Source: the human T2T-CHM13v2.0 reference genome, Homo sapiens. Taken from it: a stretch of 64,000 nucleotides of DNA. The DNA lies in assembly GCF_009914755.1 (NCBI RefSeq), contig NC_060930.1; one strand, written 5' to 3'. The position numbers and the translations under genes are program-made. Shown here piece after piece: positions 32,676 through 45,618 of the stretch. The notes beneath the pieces were generated by a model, which was not told where the DNA came from, ran no database searches, and worked only from the letters and a program-made list of their open reading frames with translations. Within the stretch, counting starts at the first letter, position 1, and each line of letters begins with the position of its first letter.

Positions 32676-32832
32676 GCACAACGAGGCCCTCTTGGAGGAG
32701 GCGAAGATGATGAACAGACTGAGACACAGCCGGGTGGTGAAGCTCCTGGGCGTCATCATAGAGGAAGGGAAGTACTCCCTGGTGATGGAGTACATGGAGA
32801 AGGGCAACCTGATGCACGTGCTGAAAGCCGAG
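32676..32832 (+). CDS. RIPK1: RIPK1 exon 3
   Basis: [52 protein letters not shown]; 157 nt (cumulative 321). Confidence 0.98.
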
Positions 32833-32959
32833 GTAGAGAGGGCCCCTCCGCACAGGGATCCCCAGCGCTTGGGCCCTGGCTGTCTGTTATGGCTCCCCTT
32901 GGGGTGTTTGTTTGCAGCTCGTTAGCATAAAATTTGCAAATTGCTTGGTAGTTTGAATT

Positions 32960-33280
32960 TTCTTTTCCTTTTTTTATAGAGACAAGGTCTTGCTATGTTG
33001 CCCAGGCTGAACTCCAACACCTGGTCTCAAGTGATCCTCCCACCTCAGCCTCTCAAGTAGCTGGGATTACAGGCTGGATTTCCTGAAGTCAGTTTCTCCT
33101 TAAAACATCTATGCCTTGATTGGGCTCCGTGGGTCACTTCTGTAATCTCAGCACTTTTGGCAGGAGGATCACTTGAGCCTTGGTGCTCAAGACCAGCCTG
33201 GATAACACAGTGAAATCCCCTCTCTACAAAAAATAAAAGGTGCATGTGAACAGAGCAAGACCCTGTCTCTGAAAAAAAGA
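32960..33280. mobile_element. Two partial Alus in inverted orientation (- 32960..33075, + 33115..33280)
   Basis: gagacaaggtcttgctatgttgcccaggctg... versus ...ggaggatcacttgagc...agaccagcctgg. Confidence 0.7.
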
Positions 33281-33805
33281 GAAAATCTTCCTTGCCTTTT
33301 ACTGCCCTGAGAGTGGTCTCTTCATCCTCTCGATCCTGTGGACAGTCCTCCATAGTCTGTGTCTTAGGAATGTGATTGGCTGTTTACCATACCTGTCCGC
33401 TGCTCTGCAATCTACAGTTCAGAGACAAGCCCTGTCTTCATGATGCAGACATCATCTGATGTAGAGTATATGCATGATGGGATGACATTAAATATGGATT
33501 AATGAAAGGATATACACTATAAATGACCGTGAGAGCAGATAGAATATTAGTGGTTGCACTTTGATACCATTCAACAAAGTTTTATTTTAAATTAAATATA
33601 GAAATTATTGGCAACAACACTGGATAGGATTTAAAACAAAAATAAAAATTGTTTACCAAAGTCAAATGATTTGAAAACATTTTTAAAAGCTTATGTGCCT
33701 GTTAAGATGAAGGCCTTGCGCTAGTTGCTCATGAATCAATAGCTAATATGACGTAGGAGAGTAAAAGGAGGCAGATAGCTAAATAAGTGGTATGGTGTGA
33801 TGGGG

Positions 33806-34273
<468 letters not shown>

Positions 34274-34735
34274 TGATGGTGTTTTGATAGACATACTCAT
34301 TGCTGAGGGAGTACACATGAGAGGCACCCACTCAGCCTGGAATAGACAGAAAAGGCTTCCAATGTGAAGGACATGTAGACGTTTTGAAGCAGAGAATTAG
34401 AGAACAAGTGTTCTAGGCAGAGAGAATACCATGTAGAGACTGCCAAATTTGGGGAACTGTAAATTCCTGGGTTTGGCTAGAGCATAGATTGCACAGGGTA
34501 TGGGGAGGGGTGGCGGGATATGGCTGCCTTTATGGCAAATACTCCCACTTTTCCACTTTCTTCTCCCACCCCACAATTGCCAAGCCAACAGACATCTCAC
34601 AAAAATACCCTTGGGAAGGAGAAGAGGTGATCACTTATACGCATGGTATTATAGTTTGATCAGATTGCTCTCCACCCCAGAACTAGAGAAGATCAGCTGT
34701 TTGAAGTAAACATTTTGATTGGGAAATAAGTCTTT

Positions 34736-34795
34736 GGTCTCCCATCCAAGTACTAACCAGGCCCAACCCTGCTTAGCTTCTGAGATGAGAGAGAA
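34736..34795 (-). pseudogene. 5S rRNA pseudogene fragment (approx nt 31-92)
   Basis: ggtctcccatccaagtactaaccaggcccaaccctgcttagcttctgagat is the reverse complement of the 5S internal control region. Confidence 0.85.
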
Positions 34796-35875
34796 ATCAT
34801 TGGGGACATGAGGCATTGTGCAAGATGAGGGAAAGTTCAGGTGCACCTGTTTGGACTCAGTCAGGGCATCAGGAGGACCTGAGAGAGAAGCAGAAAGAGA
34901 GGAGAGAGGGGGACCAACTTTGCTTACTCAGAAGTTTTTCCTAAGTCCAAAGGTATACCAAGGAAGAAGAGAAAACATCTTTTCTGATACTTTCTGTATG
35001 GTGGTGATCAAGCTATTAACAGTGTAGCTCTGCTACGTTATGTCATAAATATGGTTTGAGGGGGAATCTCACTTCTATCATTAAAATTTTTTTCCTGTTA
35101 ACCAACGACCAAAATACATATACATTTTTAGGAAACATCTTGTTTGTATACTGATTTTTTATTGTTAAGCAAAACTGTAATTTAACCACTATAATAGAAA
35201 CTGGAATTGTTTCTGTTAGTATTGATGCTCACATAACAAGAATACAATTATAAGAACCAGTGACCTGAGACTCTACAGAAGCCTGAAGTATCTGCTACCA
35301 GGTCATCAAATAGATATTAATTCACTTAAGCGTAGTTTTAACATCATGTTTATCTCAGATTTTTCTATGATTGTAATCAGTGTGAACATGTTCCCTTGTA
35401 TTCTTTTTTCTCTTAATGTTATTTTACACGCGACATTTGCATGGCATTGTTCATGTCCTTAATGTAAACTTAGTATGATGTCGTGTGAGTATCCCACAGA
35501 AACTGCTTGCTCGTATATTTATTCATCCATTCATTCAACAAGCATTCCAGGTACAATCCTAGGTTCTAAAGATACAGTCCTAAATAATATATATTTTTGT
35601 TCTCAAGGAGCTTAATTTTATAGTATTTTATGCATTACCAAATTATTGTGGGATTTTTGTTTTTACACTAACAAAATACAACACGAATACCCTCTGCCCC
35701 CCCCCGAATGAAATCTTTCTTGTTTCCCAGTGACAGCAGTACTGTGGTGCACCTGCTGGAAGGAAACCTGGTAACCTTCTCCTCAGGCTCAGATCCCACC
35801 ACCCTTTCATGAAACAGTTGCTTTGGCCTATTTGATAACCTTTCCATTTCATAGACTTAATATCACTTGTTTTAG

Positions 35876-36013
35876 ATGAGTACTCCGCTTTCTGTAAAAG
35901 GAAGGATAATTTTGGAAATCATTGAAGGAATGTGCTACTTACATGGAAAAGGCGTGATACACAAGGACCTGAAGCCTGAAAATATCCTTGTTGATAATGA
36001 CTTCCACATTAAG
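35876..36013 (+). CDS. RIPK1: RIPK1 exon 4 (catalytic loop HKD, D138)
   Basis: [46 protein letters not shown]; 138 nt (cumulative 459). Confidence 0.98.
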
Positions 36014-36475
36014 GTAAACCATCATCGGTAGGCTTCCAGAAAGTTGGGTGATTTTAGTTTTAATTCTCCAATGTAAATCCATTCTCGTACATTGGAGAAG
36101 CTAAAGGAAGACCTAGCTCAGCTTATAACTGTTGATGATGGTGCCGAAAGGCTCTACCGGTGATTGAGAGGAAGGCTGCAGGCTTGATGGGATCAGGAGA
36201 TAACTGTCAGGATAACTCATATCTTTTGGGGGAGGAGTGGAATTGAATGGGGTAGATGAGAAGACCTCTTTCCTAGACTGTGTTTTTTCCTCTGTTAGAA
36301 ACATTTAGAAACATTCAAGGGTTGCCCTTTTCATCCTGGAATGGGCCATTGGTGTCATAATGTTCTCCAGGAAATCTGTGTCACCAAGACTCTCCTCCTC
36401 TGGAAATGCAGGGGAATGTGAAGGTGTGTGCGGAAAATCCTTAGAGTTCAGATATGGCCTAAGAGTGAGATCAGC

Positions 36476-36796
<321 letters not shown>

Positions 36797-37972
36797 GCAG
36801 TGCATCAAAAACCTCTACTTTGAAATTTTGTTTTATATTTGTATTCGATTGTTTACTTCTGTCTGTATTTTAAAAATCAGTTTCCTTTGAACACATTCTT
36901 TCCATTGTCGTAAAGGGAACAAGGGAAAGGGATTTTTCTTTTGTTCATTCAAGGGCAGGATTTAGCTAGGGGGAGTGTCATATCTAATTGGCTTCCGCAG
37001 CAGGAATCCAAGCACAAGAATCCAAAAGGGGAAGCGGAAGGGGAAGCAGCCCTGGGGGAGGCACCCAGGAGCTGCTGACACAGGGGCCTCTCATCACCAG
37101 CAGGTTCTGCGTCTAGCGCTTTGTCCTAGTCTTGGACAAAGGGCTGGGAATAAAAATTCCTTATTCATAACCTATCTTCAAATTCATGACTTCCCTCTTA
37201 TGTCGTGGGTTAGAATCTGTGAATTTTAGGTACTCATGTGCCACAGTTCATCCCCACATGCTTGCTTGGATTCCTGGAGGCAGAAGTGGAACTGGCACCT
37301 ATATTCTCTTCTGAACTGTGCTGCCCTGTCATTTTGCCCTGCCAGCACTGTTCTTGTTCTGTGTCTGACCTTGCTATTTTTCTCTCTGCTTTTTTGTCTG
37401 TTTTTCTCCTCCTTTCCACCCTATCTCCTCTTAGGTTCAGGCTACAGCTCAAAACAAGCAACACTGCAGTCCTTATCCTCAGTGTGTCTTTGGGATCCTT
37501 GGACACTCGCATCCATGGGCCTCTGGACGCCATTTGGGGAAATAGAAGGTGTAGTATTTAGCCACTGTCTGCTGCATAAATGTGCAGAGAAGAAAATAAC
37601 CATTTTCCCCCCAAGCCCTAGAAATAGTTGAAAAACATACGCAGAGTCAATGGGGAATGAGAATAAATATGTTTGGTTGTTACTGTTCTTGTCAGAAACA
37701 TCTTCCGCTTTTCCCCTCCCCCTTACTGCATAAGGAATACGATACCAGAATTTCATGTGAACGTTTCCTGGGCGACATTTTACAAATGGCTGAGGAGACA
37801 CACAGTTTCTATGAGTCTGTTGAGAAGTCGCTGTTTTGAACCTGCCCAGTGCAACCATTTCTGGAAAATTTACCGTACCTTATGTATAATGGATAAGCCC
37901 AAAATTGAAAGTCAGATCTGATTTGCTTACGGCCTTCACCAAACAATCCCAGTGGCTCAATGTCTTTCGCAG

Positions 37973-38201
37973 ATCGCAGACCTCGGCCTTGCCTCCTTTA
38001 AGATGTGGAGCAAACTGAATAATGAAGAGCACAATGAGCTGAGGGAAGTGGACGGCACCGCTAAGAAGAATGGCGGCACCCTCTACTACATGGCGCCCGA
38101 GCACCTGAATGACGTCAACGCAAAGCCCACAGAGAAGTCGGATGTGTACAGCTTTGCTGTAGTACTCTGGGCGATATTTGCAAATAAGGAGCCATATGAA
38201 A
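37973..38201 (+). CDS. RIPK1: RIPK1 exon 5 (DLG motif, S161, S166, activation loop)
   Basis: [45 protein letters not shown]...KEPYE; 229 nt (cumulative 688). Confidence 0.98.
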
Positions 38202-38459
38202 GTAAGGCATTACTTACTTTCCACTGCCGTCCCCTCAGCATCTACACGCACTGTGCCTGGAACTAATAGGTGCCCAGTAAATTTTTGTTGAATGAATGAG
38301 TAATCCCATTTAGGAATCAGTGATCATAGGATGAATAGGAACCTCGATAGTGTGTCATTAGCTGGAGAGGTGCTGTGAAATTCCAGGGTTCTTCCTAGAC
38401 AGGAAAGTTGATTGTTTCTGCTTGTGAGGACTTAGCCTTTCACACTACAAGGCATACAC

Positions 38460-39782
<1,323 letters not shown>

Positions 39783-40148
39783 CATCCTTCTTGAATAGCA
39801 ATGATCACTCTGTGTTTTAAGTCACTCTCATTAAACTGAGCTCCTAAAGACAAGGACTGCCCTGTATTTGCTTTTGCACATGGAGCATGCCATTGGCCTT
39901 GCCCACATAATCTTTTTGTTCCATCAGCAGGCAGCTTTGTCGAGAATTTTGTTTTATCTGCAGACATTAAGATATTGTTTGGTCATCTCTGTAGTGGAAT
40001 ATGTCAGCTCCTTGTCATAAGGCCATTCCACTCTATGGAATGAGGCAGCTGTACCAGAGGCTGAGAAAAATGAGCAGTATTGTTCAAGTTCTGTCACCTT
40101 CCTGCCTGAGAGAGGAGCAAGACCTGAAAGAAAGTCTTTGCTTTGTAG

Positions 40149-40298
40149 ATGCTATCTGTGAGCAGCAGTTGATAATGTGCATAAAATCTGGGAACAGGCC
40201 AGATGTGGATGACATCACTGAGTACTGCCCAAGAGAAATTATCAGTCTCATGAAGCTCTGCTGGGAAGCGAATCCGGAAGCTCGGCCGACATTTCCTG
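40149..40298 (+). CDS. RIPK1: RIPK1 exon 6
   Basis: [49 protein letters not shown]; 150 nt (cumulative 838). Confidence 0.98.
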
Positions 40299-40509
40299 GT
40301 AAGAGCATCTTTTCTGACTGTGTAGGATGCATCCTGTGTGGTGATTTTCCTAGTAACATATTGTTAGGAACTTGGTTTGAATCCTCAGAAAACTGAGTTC
40401 GACTTGACTTGTGGTTTTAAACTGATTTTCTAGATTTCAAACATGTTATTCAGTGCAAAGAAGCCCTCTCTCTCAAAAGCATGATGGCACATAAGGCCTT
40501 CTTGTTTCC

Positions 40510-41325
40510 TTTTTTTGTAATTAACTTTTTAACTTGGGTTTAAATATACGTAACATGAAATTTAACATTGTAACTGTTTTCAAGTGCACTGTTCAGGGGC
40601 AGTAAGTACAGTCCCATAGTACATTCACTTTCCATCGTCTCTCTCCCTGCCCCTGGCAGCCCTCATCCTACTTTCTGTCTCTGTGAATTTAACTGCACTG
40701 GGTGCCTTATATAAGTGGAATCATACAGTATTTGTCCTTTTGTGTCTGGCTTATTCCACTTGGCATGATGTCCTCGAGGTTCATCTGTGTTGTAGCATAT
40801 GTCAGAATTTCTTTCCTTTTCAAGGCTGAATAATATTCCATTGTATGAATGGAGTGCATTTTGTTTATCCATTCGTCCGTCTATGGGCACTTAGGTGGCT
40901 TTGACCAGCCTTCTTGCTTCTTCACTTCTTTTATTTCCATCCCCTCCCTTGTTTAGCTGGCATCTTTTGCCGTCTAGATTGGCCTTGTCATACAGGGATG
41001 AGGAAAGGTGCCGGGATGTTTGCTGAGCAGTATTCTATGGTGTGGATGTACCACGGTTTGGTTAACTACTCACTCCTTGAAAGACTTGTTTCCAGTTCTT
41101 AACTGTTGGGACTAATGCAGCTGTAAATATTTGTGGACATGTTTTTGTGTGAATATAAGTCTTCATTTCTCTGGAGTAATACCCAGGGGTACAATAGCTA
41201 GGTTGTATGGTAGTTTCATGTACAGTTTATTTTAAAAATTCCCTAACATTTTCCCAGAGGGGCTGTGCCATTTTATGTTCGGTGTCCGAGTGATGCAGGT
41301 TCTTGTATCCTCACCAGCATGGGGT
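40510..41325 (-). mobile_element. L1M 3' relics
   Basis: ataagtggaatcatacagtatttgtccttttgtgtctggcttatt...aggctgaataatattccattg. Confidence 0.75.
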
Positions 41326-41329
41326 ACCC

Positions 41330-41875
41330 AGGCTCCTCACACTTCTGCTTAGTCAGCTACAAATTTATTTGAGTATTCCCACAAGCCCCACTTCAGGTTT
41401 GGTAATTCGTTAGAAAGACTCACATAACTCAAGAAAACATTTTACTTACGTCTCCCCTTTTACTGCAGTGGGTACAATTCAGAAACAGCCAAATGGAACA
41501 GATGTACAAGGTGAGGTATGGGAGGAGGGTGTATAGAACTTCCATAGCCTTTCAAGACACACTGCATTCCAGTGCTTCTGTGTGTTCAGCAACCTGAAGC
41601 TCTCCAAGCCTCACCGTTTAAGGTGATTTATGGAAGTTCCATTACATAGGCATGACTGACTAAATCATGGTCATTGGTGCTTGAGCTTAATCTCCAGTCC
41701 CTCTCTCCTCACTGGAAGTCAAAGGTGGAGCTGAAAGTCCCAACCTTCTAATTATAGCTTGGTCTTTCTGGTTGCTAGCCCCCATTCTGAAGTTGCCTAG
41801 TTTTCTGACCCCACCCAAAAGACACTCTTAGAAGACTCCAAGGATTTTAGGTGCTACCTGCCATGAACAAAATCA
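41330..41875. mobile_element. MER21-like LTR
   Basis: gactcacataactcaagaaaacattttacttacg; ttcagcaacctgaagctctcc; gctgaaagtcccaaccttctaat. Confidence 0.65.
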
Positions 41876-42436
41876 AACCTTCCTGATTCTCCAAGGTGTC
41901 TTCTTTTATTGTTTCCTTTCTGTTTAGAGAACTTTCCTTAATCATTCTTTTAGGATATGTCTGAACTCTGTCATTCTAAAATTTTTTTCCTTATAGGGAA
42001 GGTGTTATTTTTCTCTTGCTGCTTTCAAGACTTTGTCTTTATTTTTCAGAGATTTAGTTGTTATTTATCTTGGTGTGGATTCCTTTGGGTTTATTCTGTT
42101 TAGGTTTTGCTCAGCTTCTTAAATCTGTAGGTTTATGCCTCTTAAACCATATTTGGGAAGCTTTCAGCCATTATTTCTGTAAGTACTTTTTAACCCCCAC
42201 CCTCTTTCTCTTTTCTTTCTGGAATTCTGACAACATAAAAACTATATCTTTGGTTATGGTTATAGTCCCACAGGTCCCTGAGGCTTTGTGTTTTTTTTGT
42301 TTTTTTTGTTTTTGTTTGTTTTTTTCAGTTAATTTTCTCTCTCTTATTCAGACTGGGTAAGTTCTATCATTCTGTCTTCCAGTTCACTGATTTTTCTGTT
42401 TCTCCTCGATTCCACAGTTGAACCTGTCTACTGAGC

Positions 42437-42715
42437 TTTTTTTTTTTTTTGACACGGACTCTCACTCTGTCGCCCAGGTTGGAGTGCAGTGGCGCAAGCT
42501 CTGCCTCCTGGGTTCACGCCATTTTCCTGCCTCAGCCTCCCGAGTAGCTGGGACTACAGACACCCGCCACCACACCTGGCTAATTTTTTGTATTTTTAGT
42601 AGAGACGGGGTTTCACCGTGTTAGCCAGGATGGTCTCCATCTCCTGACCTTGTGATCAGCCCGCCTTGGCCTCCCAAAGTGCTGGGATTACAGGTGTGAG
42701 CCACTGTGTCCGGCC
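42437..42715 (-). mobile_element. AluY with small deletion
   Basis: tttcaccgtgttagccaggatggtctc; flanks ctactgagcttttt / ctaccgagcttttt. Confidence 0.88.
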
Positions 42716-43597
42716 TACCGAGCTTTTTATTATGTTTTGGTCATTAAAGTTTTCAGCTCTAAAATTTATATTCTCCCCTTTTTTGCTGAGACTTTCTATT
42801 TTTCATTTGTTTCAAGCAGGTTCATAACTATTAATTGAATCGTTTTTATCATGGCTGTTTTAAAATCCTTGACAGGTAATTCTGACATTGCTGTCATCTC
42901 AGTATTGGCATCTATTGATTGTCTTATTTCATTCAGTTTCTGATTCTTAATGTAATGGGTAATTTTTCTGTTGAAACTTGTACATTTTCTTCCTATGTTT
43001 GGAGATTCTGTATCCTCTTTAAGCCTTCTGTTTTAACTGAACTTTCCTGACACTGCTCTGACAAGGGAAGAGTGGTGGCCACCTTATTAGTGCTGGGTAG
43101 AGGTAGAAGTTCAGCCTCTCGACTCAGCCCTTATTGACACCTAAGGTCAGAGGCTCCTCTTCACTGCTGATCAGGGGTGGGAATTCTGGCAGAGTCCACA
43201 CGGTCCCCACTGACACAGAGGTGAAGGTACCTCATTACTACTGGACAATGTTAAAAGTCCCGATTCTCCACTAGACCTCCTCTGACACTTCCCCAGTGGG
43301 GAAGGGAAGGGTGGTCTTGTTACTGCCATGTGGGGCAAATCCAGGCTATTCTTGTGTTCTCCTGACACCATGGGAGTGGAGGCGCTCATTATCAGCTGGC
43401 AGGTAGGACAGCCCTGGCTTCCTGTTGGGCCTTCTCTGACATTACCCCGGTGGGGGTGTTGGGTTACGTTGTTACTGTCTCATGCGGTTGGATGTTGAGG
43501 CTCTCCACTTGGCCTTAGCTGCTGTGGGTGGGGTTGGAGCCACAGGGTTTTTTCTGTGGTGGTTGGCTGGAACAGAGTGGTTGCTGACTAAAAGTTT

Positions 43598-43687
43598 TCT
43601 CCTATCCAAGTACTAACCAGACCTGACCCTGCCTAACTTCCAAGATCAGACAAGTTTGGGCATATTCAGGATGGCATGGCTGTAGAC
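43598..43687 (-). pseudogene. 5S rRNA tailless retropseudogene (nt 1 to ~90)
   Basis: Reverse complement begins gtctacagccatgccatcctgaat...; TSD tgactaaaagttttct (43585) / tggctaaaggttttct (43688); no poly(A). Confidence 0.88.
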
Positions 43688-44458
43688 TGGCTAAAGGTTT
43701 TCTGTCTGTCCCTTGCTGCCCCTTGCTTAGTTCTTTGGCTAGAAAGAGCAGGCTTTAGTTGGAGATTTTTTTTTATCTGTGGCTCTTGATGGTTTGAGGT
43801 TGCCACCTTTTCAGCCAAGTCTGAGATATATGAGGAAAAGAGAAAATCCAGTGAACTCACTATCGTGTGTTTCATCTGATCCCGAGGTTTCCTGCTGGTC
43901 TGCCTCCTTCTCTTCTCCTTTCAGAGACTCTGTATGTTTGTTTTATAAATAATATATAGGATGTTTTTGTTGTACTTAGAAGGAAGATTAAGAAAAAAGT
44001 ATGTCCACTCCATCTTCCTGGAACTGGAAGTTTCTTTTTTCTTTTAAGGCTAACAGCTGTAACCCATTACACTAAATCCTTCCTCTGACTATCCCAATCT
44101 CTCATAAATTTGATGCCAGAGGAACAGAAACATGGAGTTCGCCCATCCCTGTTCAGCTGGAGATGAACTCACATCAGGGAGCAGTTTGTGTTGCAGCCAG
44201 AGAAACTGCAGCACGAATAAAAAGCACAAAGAGCACAGGCTATTGAGGCAGAAACCCCTGGTTTCCTGTGTTAGCCTATCCCTTGTTCTGTCTATTAATC
44301 TTATTAGTCTCTATCAGAGTCAGTGATTTGGAGCTTAAATTTTTATTTAAGCTTTGCCCACAGATTGAGGTAAGTAATTCAAAGATAATAGATGGCTAAT
44401 ATTTTTATTTTATGTTAGAAAATAATTAAGAAATTTAAAGTACATTTTACTTTTACAG

Positions 44459-44535
44459 GCATTGAAGAAAAATTTAGGCCTTTTTATTTAAGTCAATTAG
44501 AAGAAAGTGTAGAAGAGGACGTGAAGAGTTTAAAG
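44459..44535 (+). CDS. RIPK1: RIPK1 exon 7
   Basis: [26 protein letters not shown]; 77 nt (cumulative 915). Confidence 0.97.
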
Positions 44536-45618
44536 GTAGGCAATATAGCAGATGCTCAAAATATTAACATAGCAAAATATATACTGTCAATCATGAAAAC
44601 CAAAACAAAGTGATTTGTTATTGAGATTTGAGGTAAGCTAGCTTGGTAAACATATAAAACAAAATGAGCAATTGTCTGCACATATCATCCTGTTGGCATA
44701 CTGGACCCATTTCTCCTTCAAAACTCATGAAATGAGAGAAAACATATATAGCAATATGAAAACAAAAGCACAATGTCACTGGCAAAGATTGGAAAGTACC
44801 ATAAGTGGATCAGCCATTTTGAGGAATTCTTGAAAGATAGAAAGACCACAGAATTATTCTGCTGAGACATATAACAGACAAGGAATACTAGCCCAAGACA
44901 TAATGCTGAGGAAGAAGTACCGGAGGGGCAGTCTTGGGTCAGTGTGCAGAAGCAACAGCACAGTCACCTGGGATGTTGACAGGGGAGTCATCTGAGAACC
45001 TCATTTATGCTATTTAGGAAAGTCGGCTTCTCTCCCTCCTTCCCCTGTACTTAGCAACAGATGGCAGCAGCATCTGCCCAAGACTGAAGCAAGGAGGTGG
45101 TTTCTGGGGTTAGAGGGGCATGACAAGGCCCAGTTAGGAACCAATCAACTAAGAGGAATGGAGACCACCCCGCCCCCCTGCCAACTCTGGAATCAAGCTA
45201 CTGCCATCCATCTTCCAGCAACCTACCCCATAATCATGAACAGGAGACTACGACAAATAAAACAGGCAGAGACTTTAAAATATAATTTAAAAAAGAGATT
45301 AGAATCAGCTAAGATAAACTCTAAGGCAAAAAATCATTCCCTCAAACAATCAGGAATATTTCATAATGATAAAAGGCCCAATTCATCTGGAAAGTATAAC
45401 CGCTTTAAATGTGGATCCACCTTCAATAACATGACCTCAAAATCAACCAGCCAAAAGTGACAGAACTCAAAGAAAAACAGACAAATCCACAATTAAAACT
45501 GAAGATTTTAATACACATCTCTCTTCAATTGATAGAACGAGCAAACAAAAATCAGTAAGGATATAGAAGACAGAAAGAACATGACGAACACACTTGACGT
45601 AACGGAAACACAGGATAC

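Larger units (their letters stand above)
41880..44040 (-). mobile_element. Old L1 (5'/ORF1-side) relic containing an AluY and a 5S retrocopy
   Basis: tttctcttgctgctttcaaga...tttgggaagctttcagccattatttct; cccacaggtccctgaggct. Confidence 0.6.
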